From NCBI RefSeq assembly GCF_002571385.2, contig NW_019218084.1, forward strand, positions 275,516 to 339,515: a stretch of 64,000 nt of DNA. Reading direction: 5' to 3'. The notes under the pieces were generated by a model that was given only the letters and a program-made list of their open reading frames with translations, did not search any database and was not told the DNA's origin. The translations under genes and the position numbers were made by a program. Shown piece after piece: positions 10,901-24,101 of the stretch. The DNA is from Stylophora pistillata. Taxonomy: Eukaryota. How positions within the stretch are numbered: position 1 is the first letter of the stretch; the number at the start of each line of letters is the position of its first letter.

Positions 10901-12648
10901 CTGACAATTTTCTTCATTAATCTTGAACTTGTAAAAAGGGAAGAAACACATATGAGAACGATCTTCACGGTGAGGAGCACAACTTAAGCAGTAGTGAAAA
11001 TAACACCCGAAAAAATTCAGGCCTTTACGGGAATAAAACATTTTTTCGGGTCTTATTTTCACTGCTACTTAAGTACGTAGTGCTCCTCACTGTGAAGATC
11101 ATTCTCATATGCATTTCTCTAACCGCAGTTCAGATATATGATTTTCATATATTCATAGCTGTTAAAAAGGGAAGAGATAAAATGCTGTAAAATATTTGAC
11201 TTATTTACGAATAAACTATTATTAAATTAAAATTATTCATCGGTATATATCACACAAGTGAATAGTGCTTTTTGTGTGCACTAATTGGCTACTTAGGAGG
11301 CAATTGGCAAGAACACTATTCCCCTTCAAGCAGCCCAAGAGACAGAACTGCAAGTCAAGAGTTTAATTTCCAACCATTTTCATCACATTGAGAGAAATAA
11401 ACTAATTATTTGGTATCTGTGTGGTATATACTCAAAACAGTTATTGACCTCACTGCCAGTGAAAGTGGTGGAGATTTACTGCCTGCTTTGTAGTGCAGTA
11501 AATATCCACCATTATTCACCTTTACTCTGTTGAATAATTCTAATTATTAATTATCAATAATATTATCTTTATCAAATTAATACCATTAATTTTTTTCAAT
11601 ATTTATCATATCATTATCATTATGTTCTCACTATATTATTGATTTCATCATCACTTTTACATTTTGCAAGAGTGTTGCGTGACACTTGATAGCTTAGTAA
11701 CATCGTGTACTGTAGACATCCAAAACAAGAGGGTAACTGTATTCCCCAGTTGTAATACTCAATAAACCAGTATCTTGGAATATTTTATTTGACAAAAAAA
11801 TCTTATTCCAACACTTGCTGCTTTTACAAATTAATAGTTGTACCTCATATAATTTTTTCCAAGCTCAATTCCTATGATCATTGTCCAGATTTTGGCACAG
11901 CACATAATCTAGCATGCTTGATAGTTAAGGGGAAAGATCTAACAAAATGTAAAGATCTAGTAGAATACAAACCCTATCCTTAATTATGCATACAGTTCTT
12001 AGATAAAATAATAACAACATTTCGAATGTAATTCTTTTCATTTTGACCAGATGTATCCAAGAGCCTACACGATCCTCGCTGGAAAACTGCAATTTAAGCA
12101 ATCGCTGTAAAGAAGCCAAAAATATTAAGGCTCCGAAATGATTTGAACCAGAGTTAACTCTGTTTGAACCAATGCCTTCCAGGATCAGGAAATGGTTGGG
12201 CGATACATAAACTAAGCTTGAAGAGGCCTAAGGTTGGGAGCTAGGAAAATTTTAGTGGGTTCTCATTTAGCCAGGGATGTAATTCAGTTGCAGACATGAT
12301 CTTCGCAGGATCATGTCTGCTCTTAAAAGATGAAATGAGGCATGAGTTTTTTCAGGCTTCTTTCATGCAACTGCTTAAAATACAATTTACTTGAGAGAAT
12401 TACTGAACGAGCGACAAAATTTGAATACAACTTGAATAAAAGAGTTCAGGATTTGTATGGAATTATACGAGGATCTTTCTTCATATTGCTACAGTTGAGC
12501 TTTAGTTAAATGCTACTACGTACTTACTTTGCCTAATATGGTTCAACACAAACACCACTGCAAGTACGAAAACAATTTTAAGTGTCGTTTTAAGCAAGTG
12601 TCGGCGACCTCGTCTAGTGAAGAAAGCGGAATAACACATATCAGACAT
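4980..12648 (-). CDS. Chitobiase-type beta-N-acetylhexosaminidase (GH20) with N-terminal signal anchor; in-frame TGA in exon 2 (possible null allele or pseudogene)
   Basis: Exons (minus, GT-AG, phases consistent): 12648-12528, 10624-9815, 8527-8088, 7575-6850, 6597-6453, 5508-5259, 5126-4980. Last exon uncertain (candidate 4311-4266). Motifs DSPRFSYRGLMVDVARNF, HFHLSDSEGWRLEIPGL, IPEFDLPGH, catalytic HFGGDEV, LYFDH, FPRLLAAAERAW, GVPYRVPPP. TGA at 10499-10497. Confidence 0.92.
6058..6402 (+). mobile_element. tRNA-derived SINE family 1, copy A (hexosaminidase intron)
   Basis: A-box TAGCTCTATTGG and B-box-like GGTTCGGTCCC. Body shared with copies at 23206, 34520 and 49280. Tail ends in (GTAT)n. 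Confidence 0.85.
8800..9775. repeat. Degenerate (GACT)n microsatellite with ~250-300 bp higher-order units
   Basis: Continuous GACT/GGCT/GCCT variants. The block CTAGCTGTCTGATGACTGACTGGCTGAACTGAC recurs at ~8978 and ~9281, with a variant at ~9507. Confidence 0.95.
10949..11111. repeat. Palindromic (fold-back) interspersed element
   Basis: CATATGAGAACGATCTTCACGGTGAGGAGCAC...CCCGAAAAA and TTTTTCGGG...GTGCTCCTCACTGTGAAGATCATTCTCATATG form ~65-bp imperfect arms. Confidence 0.75.
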
Positions 12649-13609
12649 ATAGATCTTGGCGTCTTGCGTTTCAACCCACTCTGTATCGACTGGATTATAA
12701 GCCAATACTTAGTTTCCCGAGCTAAAGCAGCCAACACGAACACATCTCGACACAAGTTACACACAGCACGCAAAGCTGAAACGGACAATTACGAATACGA
12801 AAGGTTATACTAAAGTTATGTTCACCATGTTCACCAATCATGTTCACCTGATTACAAAACAAGAGGAGTACTGGTAACGAGATTGCTGTTTATACCGATG
12901 CTCCATTTAGAGAGAAAGAGAAAACTGAAGAGAAAGACATAAGCACGGTGCTTTCTCTGCATTTCCGTTATGTTACTGCGAAGGATCTCCTTCTCATTTC
13001 TTTCAGGCTTCAATGATCGAAGTAAAGTCCTTTACGCTTAATTTCCTCTACAAACCATTACAAGTACATGCGACGATGACTTCGACAGATACCATGTACG
13101 TACTTTTCAAGTACACTTATTGACTGAATTTGGTCGGGCCGGACGGCAAAATATTTGGCTCGAGGTCATGACGTACAAACCGAACGCAGCAGAAAGATGA
13201 GAAATTTTCTGAAGCTGGAGCTCCTTAGGTAAACAATAGTCTCCATTTCTCGTGAAAACATGCAAGGGGGAAAATTCGCTCTGAGCTTCGAGAAACAGTT
13301 CCCCGTCCCCTAGAAATTTCTTATCGAGGCCATTCTTTTTAGGGGACCTTTTCTGAGAATTTCCAGATATTAAAATAATTCTGAATTATCTAGTAAATGA
13401 ACCAGTAAGGATTTCGAGGTACAAGATAGCAAATAGTAATTGAAAACCAATGATAATACAAAGTGTTGTGTAAAACAAAAAAAACAAAAACAAAAACCAC
13501 ACACTAAAAAAAGAAATAGGAAGAGGAAAAAAGAAAGCAAAAGAAAAACAATTAATGGTTTAGCTTGCATTAACTAGTTTTTGTTTTGTGTGTGTGTGTG
13601 CGTGTGTGC

Positions 13610-13652
<43 letters not shown>

Positions 13653-13915
13653 CTTTCTTTCAAATCAATTGATGCGAACTATTCTTTAGGAAAGAGATTA
13701 TGTATCTTTTCAATTTCTGGATACTGGCATCATTCAGTCATTTTGTTAGAGCTCTCCTCTTCTTCATCTTCCGCCTAACCGTCAAGAATCAAGGGTCAAT
13801 CAAAATAAATCACCTTGAATTAGGAACCATGACAGGCCGGATTAAGTCACACGCGCGTGTTTGCGTGCAGACGCGCGCGTACAAGGAAGTGTTTGCCCCG
13901 TGGCTCCACGATAAG
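12649..13915. promoter_or_regulatory. Divergent (putatively bidirectional) promoter region between hexosaminidase and myosin
   Basis: Start codons are 1.27 kb apart, head-to-head. CpG-rich stretches (CACGCGCGTG, ACGCGCGCGT) and AAGATGGCGG context at the myosin ATG. Confidence 0.5.
13587..13650. repeat. (GT)n microsatellite
   Basis: About 32 GT/GC dinucleotide units seen directly. Confidence 0.97.
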
Positions 13916-16900
13916 ATGGCGGTAAACGAAGGTGACGATCTAGCACCCCTAGAACCCAAGACAGTCAACGATGGAGCAATCGTGGAATTGTTACGGAGAA
14001 GATACAACCACCACCAAATTTATGTGAGTTCAACTTCCCAGTTGAAAAAGCTTAACTGAGTCTTTTTGGCGAACCTGCTGCCTGTTCGTTTTCATTTTGC
14101 AAATCTTGCGCGCAGTAACAAGTTGTGTAACTTCTGCTCATTGAAAATCTTTTGTTAAATCTTTACTTTTTCAGACTTCCGTTGCTGATATATTGCTCTC
14201 AGTGAATCCTTTTAAAGATCTATCCATCTATGGGCCAAAGGTAACCTAGCAATATTTAGATATTGATCGTTGTTGATTCCAAGCAAGGTGGCATTCATGT
14301 CATTTGTGCGCGCATCTTTAAATTCGTACCTCTGAAGTAGACAGTACTAGTTACTGTTGGTATTCAGTGCATAGCTCGAGTGATATGAATTATTTACTTA
14401 CTGATGAAGAACGCAGATAGGGCGCTTAATTGCTGAAAAATTTACGCAGTTCAACCGATTTGACTTAAAAGAAGCAAATACGTACTACAGCTGTACGTGG
14501 TAGTTTATAGCGCGTAGAAGATTGATTTTTCGCATCATTGCTTCGCCTTGGTTTTTAATAGTTTTTGTTTGAGTAGCACAGATCGTAGATAACACAAATC
14601 TGTTTTGATTTTTAAGAGTTTAAAATTCTTTTTGTCGTCTATGCTTTTGGATTAGTGTCATATGCGTTACAATCAGCGTTGAAAACCTCTTAGACAGCGT
14701 TGTGTAAACACTAGGCATTTTTATGCAAAATCCTTAGCGAATTAATTTCTCCTTCTGAACACATCTACCGAAAGGCGATATTTCACGGTTCGTAGATCTC
14801 GAAATTTATCCTAGATTTATCACGTTTTGGCATTATATGTTATTACTCAAGCTAGAATTGATAACATATACAGCCGGCCCGGGCATTATGGCGCGTTTTT
14901 AGTGTCAAAATTCAAATCCTCCTGTCAGACTTGCTATTTTTCTATTCAAACTTCGTGTTTGACAATTCAGATACGCTATTTGTTTACTGAAACATCCATT
15001 GTTTCAATTCAAAGCAATATTTCTTCGATTCAGTCATGCGGTTTTTTTATTCAAACGTGCAATCCTTCGCTTTAAAAATGTTTTTCGACTACCCAAACAT
15101 TCAGTCATTTAATTCAAACATGCTATTGAGCATTTTAAATTTTCAATCTCGCAATTCAAAATAGTCAGTTCCGCAAGTAAAAATGCTATCTTTCTATTCC
15201 AATATGCAATTCTTTAGGNNNNNNNNNNNGCGTTGTCGCGTTGTAAACCTGTTTAGTTACCTTTTGTTATGCTAAATTTGCCATGAGTTGTAGTCGCGAC
15301 ATAAAAAGTCGCACAGCATGTGCAAACTAACTTGACATACCACATTACAATAAACGATTGTAACATACGTTTGCTGGTGACGTCTGCGTTGATTTAATGA
15401 AACAAAAATATCTCAAACGCCTGTAGATGTGAGAACATTACAGGCACATTTTCAGGCGTCTCAAAATATTACAACGTTCAGCCCCAGCTCCAAACTTTGA
15501 CTAGCGTGAGAGCAAGCCCTCATTACGAGCCCTTCAATACGAGCGTTTCTTCACCGACAAATAAGTTTTGGGCCTTGAGTAACACTAGGTGAAGAGAGGT
15601 TTGCAGGGTGTCATGCTTGTGGGTTTGAATGATTGAATTGAAGGATTCGTGTCGGAAATGACGAGTATCAGGTTCGCATTGAATAATTGAATGTTTGGAA
15701 AAGGAGTTCGAATATTTGAAGTGATGAATAGGGTTACCAAATTAAACAACTGGATGTCTCCATAGTCGAACAGCAGATCTGACCTAAAAGATTAAGCGTT
15801 GGAATGGAAGAATTGCCGGTTTGAATTGAAGAGTAGAGTGTTTGAATTGCAGAACAATTGTTTCAAAATGAAGGATTGCATGTTTCTGTTGACAAAAGGC
15901 CTGTTTGAACTGGCGAATAGTGTATTTGAATTGACAAGTAGCAGGTTTGCGATAAAGAATTGCATATTGGAATAGAAAGATAGCATTTTTACTTGCGGAA
16001 CTGACTATTTTGAATTGCTAGATTGAAAATTTAAAATGCCCAATAGCATGTTTGAATTAGATGACTGAATGTTTGGGTAGTAGAAAGACATTTTTAAAAC
16101 GAAGGATTGCACGTTTGAATAGAAAAACAGCATGACTGAATCGAAGAAATATTGCTTTGAATTGAAAACAATGGATGTTTCAGTAAACAAATAGCGTATC
16201 TGAATAGTCAAACAAGAAGTTTGAATAGAAAAATAGCAAGTCTGACACGAGGATCTGAATTTTGACACTAAAAAAAATAGGACACAACGGTGTGATTACA
16301 GTTTCGAATTACCCTTATCTCTTACCTCCCTTTCGAAAAGAAGTGTTATTTTTCATGTTTTTTAAATTTTCATTATTTTCACAAAAGCGACTCAGATTGA
16401 TGTTTTCTTATGGTAGAATCTCTTTATCTGGAAGCTTTAAGCTGCAAGAAATTTCCATAATTCTTGACAAGTCAAGATGTATAATTACTGGAATACCTGT
16501 GGTAGCCCAGTCATAAAACCTCACTACACCTTCGTTCGCAAATGTTCTTTGACCCAGAATTGACAGTTCTTCTGCTCTGTGGCTTCTAACTGTAAATGTT
16601 CGATCAAGACAGAATTGAAATACTTATTTAAACTTCTTTCGTGCGATGATGTATTGATCGGCATGGTTCAGATAATAATGTGACCAATTATAATGTAGAT
16701 AGACAACCTTTATTTTAGCACGATAGTAGTAAAAGCTATGCAGCTTATGGGGTTAATTGTGATGGATGGATGCCAGTACATTACACATAAATACCTCCCT
16801 TGTTCCACAGCATTTTGTTTACCAATACTCATATTTTACATGATTATCCTCCAGAGCAGCTAGATAAATACCCACCCGTGCCCACTTCTCTGAGGTAAAT

Positions 16901-16966
16901 AGTTCTTTTAGTATAACTACAATTTACTTTTAAATTAGTTTAATTTCAGAGCTGAGCAAAGAGTTT

Positions 16967-17002
<36 letters not shown>

Positions 17003-20000
17003 TGCTGTATAAACCGTTCCACGCGGTTTATGTTACTAAAATGTTATGATTTTGGAAATTTCTCTGTTGTTCAGCTCTGAAGTTATACTAGAACAATTAC
17101 TTGCCTCAGGTTCAGTGAATATTGTTGAATAATTGTTAAATAAAACGGTGAGATGATTGATGTTCAAAAAAAGATGATTTCGACTAATTGATTTTTACAT
17201 CAATTATAATGTTTTTGGGTCAAATTCCATCAGAATTGCTTGGAGGTGAATACCAAAGGATATTCAGAGTTTGGTAACCTGAATCAGAGTTTGCCTTCAA
17301 TGCCAGCCACTGTTTTTAAATATGTACTAATTAATTATGGTTTATCAGGGTTCGCTGAAACCATGCGAGTCCTCTGCTTGTACAAACGAGAACTAAAATC
17401 AGACTTAAGACTGTTGTCATTGAAATCCTAATTTAGTTCACTATACATATATATAGACAATATTTCTGAACTACTCTAAACAGTGAACTTTTATTTTATT
17501 TATTTTATTTTAAATTTATACACATTTTAGGTTATAAAAGCTTACCAAGATTCACAGCCTAGCAGTCAGTTGTCGCCTCATGTATATTCAAAATCCAAGG
17601 CAATTGTACGGTCAATGCACCATTCATCAAAAAGTCAGTGTTGTGTGTTGACTGGTGATAGTGCATCAGGGAAGACTGAGTCCCTCAAGCACATTCTGGA
17701 TTACGTTGTCAGTGTTTCTTCGCCCACAGGTGCCAGTATGAAAGCCAAATTTTCAAAGGTACCCACACCTTTTACTTCACAGATTTCTTTTTGTTAAAAA
17801 TAAAATATAAGAATACATGATATTTAAAAGAAGGTAAAACAAAAATGTAACTTAAACAGGCCAGAATACAAAAAAATATCTGGTGGCTTGTCCTGTTGCA
17901 TAATGTCTATGTCTATATGTTTAAGAGTCAAAAAATGGCAAGGTAACAAAAATATTTATGCATTCAGGGCAGGTTAACCTGGTTAATATTGTCCCTTATG
18001 AGTATTATATATGACATATAATGGTTTCATTTAATCTCACCCCATGTAATAGGTTCATTTTATTTTGGAAGCTTTTGGCAATGCAGTAACTGCACAAAAC
18101 AGAAACTCAAGCAGGTTCGCAATGTACTACGAGTTGTACTTTTCACCCGAAATGAAGTTATCAGGAGGTAGGCTGAATTTTCTGCTAATTTTCCACTAAA
18201 TTCTTTGAACTGCATGGCTAAGTACTGGGTACCAGTTGAACACTACAGTTTATGGGTGACTATCCACATAATTCTTCCTTGGAATCAGAATCTTCTTTGT
18301 AGTTCTTACAATTATTCATCAGTTGTTCTTGTAATTACTAAATAGGGTAAATGCATTGTCCATCTATAGTCAGTCATAATTAACTTATTATTCCACATAA
18401 TCGACAGTATTTTGGGGACTTTATACACTTCTATGGCTCATTAACTTATGCAGCTATTCTGTTACTAAATGAACAATTCAGCTTACGTTTACTACATATA
18501 CTAACTCTACGTGCCTTATATTGGGCTATTTAAAACTTTGACATTTAATTCCCACAAGGTTCCTCTACCGAAAATATTTTTATGATCAGTGAATATTTTA
18601 CAGGAAAGGTGCACCACTACATGTTAGAAAAGTCAAGAGTTGTTCATCAAGAAAAGGTGTTTTAAAGAAAAAGTTATTGTTAATGATTATAGAAAAAAAT
18701 CTATTATATAGTGATATTGTTGGCTATATCATAATAAAGAAGTGCATGTTATGATGCAAAAAAGAGTTTTAATCATTCATAACAGCAACCTTTTTTTAAG
18801 CCTAACATGTTGCTAAATTAATGAATATGTAATGTATGCGGCAATACTTATGCAGGTGTTGCATGAGAATTTCATGGTGTCTCAATAAGTAACTGTACAT
18901 AATTATGGATGATGTTGGCTTGGCCTAAATAAAGTAATCTCATGGCCCTGACTAATTGATAACTAATGTTAAAAAAAAATTCCTCTCAGTGAAGGATTTA
19001 CATATCATGTAGTAATGTATACATATTTTTTTTATAATTTAATATCAATGAACTAATCACTATATTCTGCACCTTCTTAGGGAGCAAAGAACTTTCATGT
19101 ATTCCATTATCTTTTGTATGGATTGGATATAGATGAACAACAAGAGTACAATTTGAATGCTGAATATCCTCACAGGTAAAATGATTTCGTAGCACCTCTT
19201 AACACTTCTTATTTTTCTAACTAGCATTATGGTTTAGAGGAAAACTTGGACTTATAGTTACTGTAGTGGTAACTTGCTAAAATACATTTAACCCTACACT
19301 TTGGAGTTAATCCTGATTATTGTAAGTTGATTGAAATAAATTTTCCTTTAACCCTTCAACTGNNNNNNNNNNNNNNNNNNNNNNNNNNNNNNNNNNNNNN
19401 NNNNNNNNNNNNNNNNNNNNNNNNNNNNNNNNNNNNNNNAGATAATAAGTATAGTAATTATCAGAGGCGATCAACATTCCTCGCTCATACACTAATTTAT
19501 AGGTCACAACCAGATAAATAATGTTTCTAATTTTTATCAGTTAATTGTCAAGAAGTCAATATTTTACCAATTATCATATGGCTGTGTCTCACAAGGACTG
19601 CATGGAAACTACAGAATTCATGAATTTGATTGGCTGAAAACAATATTGAAAGCAGTCTAGATTTTCCCATCTAGACCGGTCTAGAAAAAAAAGTTTCAAA
19701 GAATAAAAAAAATTGACGTATAAGACACAGCCATATAATAAACATCTTATTAACTGAGCTAGGTCGGTCTGTATGGGAGAATCTTGACCTCAGTTGCTGG
19801 TACAGACCTCACTGCTTTCAGTCTGTAATGATGGAGGCTGACTTGATAACCTCACAGTTTTCTTAGCCTCCATGCACAAAATATGGAACACTGTTACCTT
19901 TAATTTTTTACATATGTATATCCTTTCCTTTTTTTATGTTAATATTGTAACTAAAACCTGAGTGCTAACTAAAGTAAAGTTGAAAGTTGAAAGTTGGCGA

Positions 20001-23000
20001 CCTCGGTCAAGATTCTCCCATACAGACCTCCCACTTGGTTAATAAGAACTAAATAACAGCCAGTATATATAATCTTGAAATCCCCTCCTGTTTTTCTTTG
20101 CATCCAGGTACCTCTCCTATGACCCATCTGCAGTTCCTCCAGAGGATAAGACCAGCAAGGAAATCCTAGGGAAGAAGTATATGGAGCTGTTAAAGTGTAT
20201 GGAGTCTGTTGGCTTTACTAAAGAGGTAAATAAATACATTATTCAAGACTTTATTCTGTGAATACCTATGCTAGCTAGGGTTAAGTATATAGCTTAACAT
20301 GGTGTCATAATGATTATCTCTGGTCTCATTTCAGTAACTACATTAAGGACACTTTCTTTTTGCGTCATGAAAAGAAATTCAAATAGCTCAGTGACTGGTA
20401 TGAGCAGATTTTTTTTTTTTAAAAAAAACTCTTTTGAAGAATGATAGTTACTGACTCCTGTTCTGAGAGGTACTGGTACCCAACGATAGCATATTGGGCA
20501 CCAGTTTCATTTAATGTTCTGAGAGGTACTGGTACCCAACGATAGCATATTGGGCACCAGTTTCATTTAATGTTTCACTTGTGTTCTGCATGGCAGAAGA
20601 CAAGCAAAACATCAAAGAAGTCAACCAATACATTTGGCTATCAATTCATTAGATAGAAAATTATGAAAATGGATCAGGAATGTTGACAATAAAGATTTTG
20701 CTACCGAATTGGTGAAGTCACTAAAATTCATTTAATTTATTTAACTTACCTGTGATATATTAATTGATGTGTCATGATATATCAAATTATGAATTCTTTC
20801 AATAGGAAATTCTCAACATCTTAAAGTGTTTAGCTGCTATTCTTCACATTGGAAATATTGCATTCAGTTCAGCAAACCCACAAACAAACTCAGCATTTGT
20901 GAAAGATCCTCAGCCTGTGAAATGTGGTAAGAATATTATTCACTTCAAGGTGGTTCTGGACAATGGTGGGAGTGAGTGGGTGAACATGAGGTTGAAGTGA
21001 TTCTCAAATTATTTGGAACTTCTATTTGCTGAACCTGTATTTAAGGAATGTTAACGTAATGGGGAACATCCATTTTAGCTAAATCATAAAAGATTGTTAA
21101 TTCTTTCTTTTTATTCTCATGTGGTTATGTATTGCTGGTTTGCAGCTAGTTCACTTCTTGGGATGTCAGAGGATGATATGGGCGAGTCTCTAATAAAGGG
21201 AATCACCTACCGAAAAGGTAACTTTCCTATAGCTTTGTTTTTTAATATAATTTATACACATGACACATGTTAGCTGAAATTGGCATCAACTATGACTGAT
21301 GTATAACTCAGAGGAAAAAAAAACATAAATTGTTAGATTTTTTTTAACCACTTGAATGTGATGAAACTTTGAAAAACATTTGAGAACCTTACCATGCATG
21401 TATGAATTACAATTAAACAATTAAATGTGCTCTCACTGAGAAATTACCAGCCAAGGGTGAAAAAGTTAATGAATGAAACAGAAATACCAAATTTCAACAG
21501 CTTAAGATAAAAAATTATTTGGGAGATGCAATTGTCCAATTATTAGCATGGTATTGGACTCAATGTTGAAAGGTTGGGTTTTTAGACCTGTGCAGGGCTT
21601 GTCTACCATGTTTTTTGGGTGCTCTCTCGGTGTGTCTCTTTATCAAAGAGTGTAAATGGGATCTGGCCAGCTGTTAGGGAAGCCTGATAAAATGCTTGGG
21701 GTAACTTAAAACTGTCTCGAATTGGTATCCCATCCAAGGGGACTGAAAACACTCCAGCCCTACTTGCTTCACACACTTTGTAGACTGCAATGAGCTGAAT
21801 GATATTCTGTGGGCCACATGGCTGTATATGGTGCAGACTTCATTATTACTTTTGTGGCCATTACTAATAGGTTTTAAGTCCCAGTACTTTGGATAAATGT
21901 TGTTATTTTATGATCCCTAAAGGTGAGAAGTTTTCAGTGCACAAGTCTGTCAATCTGGCAAATTAAGGGCGTGACAACTTGGCCAAGATGCTGTACAGTC
22001 GTTTGTTTGGCTGGGTGGTGTTGAAAGTTAACAGCTGTTTGAGAGATAAAGATAATGAACTAAGGTAATAACTAATAATGAAATTTCTGTTCTAGTGCTT
22101 TTCAGGGAAGGAAGAAGTTATTGCAGCAGCTACTTATTTGAAAGGCATTTCAAAATTTTTAACAATTTTTATTAAATGAATGATATTTTTCTCATCAAAC
22201 GTTTATTGATTTGGTCAATTCTCAAGTTAGTACTTACAAACGACTATTTGTTAGTTTTAATATTTATTTAATATTTTTTTAATATTTATTTTATTTCTTT
22301 ACTGGCAGGGATTACACAGGCCCATCCCTTGGACTGCTTGATGTGTTTGGATTTGAAAAGTGTGAAATTAATGGTCTTCAGCAACTGTGTATTAACACTG
22401 CAAATGAACAGTTGATGCATTTTTACAACCAGCGTGTTTTTGCTTGGGAACAGGTAATCAACTCATGTAATCATTATGACTGACTCTTAGCAGGACTTGA
22501 AAAACCCAGGATTTCAAATCATGGATGACCAGAAACACTGTCAGTGATGAATATCATAGATTAATCATTGAACTGATCTAAAAGTGTTAGCAATGTGATT
22601 GGCTTTGTGCCTGCATGTAACCTACATGAGTACAAATGTAAGAACTTGTCATCTCAGAGACCAAAGTTGCTTTGGTTTGTTTTGTAGTATAACCTTTCTA
22701 TGCCTAAAGTTTTTCAAATAAAATACAAAACAAGATCAATTGGACAGTTAATCAAGGATTATCTTGATTTGACTTTAAGTTCATTGTTATTTAATGTTAT
22801 CTGTGTTTATAGGTAGAGCTCGAATCTGAAGGCCTTAAGAGTCAAAAGATATCTTATTATGATAACAAGAAAGTTGTTGACCTTTTGCTTAATGTAAGTG
22901 TAATATTTTGTGTTGTTTTGATTCATATATTAACTTAAATACCTCACCCGAGAGGTTTAGTCATAAATTAAATGGAATGTCAACATGCTGGAGAACTCTT

Positions 23001-24057
23001 TGTATAATTTACAGCACATTTTGAATATTGTAGTAGCAAGATGGAGTTTTGAGATTTATGGTCAACTCAAGGAAAATATGGTTGTCTTTGTTGGTAAAAA
23101 GGCCTTCTGAATATAGATATACTCGAAAGTTAAGGGTTGACTCAGTCACAGGCTCCTTTTAATGATTCCTGCTTCTTTCCATGTGAGCAATGGAATTGAT
23201 TAACGGCCTCCTGGTTAGCTCAGTTGGTAGAGCGCCAGACTGTTGTGTGGGAGGTCGAGGGTTCAAGCCCCGGCCGGACCAACACTCAGGGTCTTAACAT
23301 AACTGAGGAGAATGTGCTAGTTTTCTCGGATAAGGACGAATAAACTGTAGGTCCCATCTCCTGCAGGTTTAGGGGTAGGTGACGTTAATTTCCCACGCAC
23401 GAGATTACTGTGTGGTGGATGTCCTCCCCTGGGGTGGGATGGGGGAAAGGTGAGATCAATACATGGATTGAAGCGGCTGCCAGAGGCACCTGATATGCAG
23501 ACGTCCGATCTCAATGCAACCTTAACAACTGGCAATTCAGCATTAATTGCCGCAAGTATGGTTGTTCTGAAAACAATTTATTTATTTATTTATTTATTTA
23601 TTTATCTAATAATTATTTGTAAGTGTTAATCATGCATTACAATATTTTTACAATCTCAGCCACCCCAAGGGTTGCTGCCAATTTTGGAAGATGAAAGCAA
23701 AACATTGTCCACTGATGCAGCTTTCGTTAAAAAATGCAGCTCTGCTAATCGGAAGCACTCCAATTATGAGATGGCTAGATTGCCTTATCCTTCCTTCACC
23801 ATAAGGCATTATACTGCTGCTGTAAGTTGTTAGGATAAGAAAGTATTTTTTTGTCTATTTTGTAGTGTAAATTGAGTGAATTTACACATCTGATTCATCA
23901 TTTGCTCTCTGCGTCCTCTTATTAGATAAATATTCCTAGTTTTTGTTGATAGTTATGTTAGAATTCAACATACATTCCTTGTAAGAATTTTTTAAATGGA
24001 GGGCTACAAGTTTATTAGTTACTTTTACTATTCCATGCTACCCTCTCTAAATAAAGT

Positions 24058-24101
<44 letters not shown>

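Noticed and set aside
14827-16268. Duplicated small ORFs on opposite strands
   Set aside because: Artefact of the inverted arms of the fold-back element.
16855-16893. Possible extra myosin micro-exon
   Set aside because: All acceptor choices give a stop or frameshift. Exons 14175-14240 and 17531-17758 join correctly without it.
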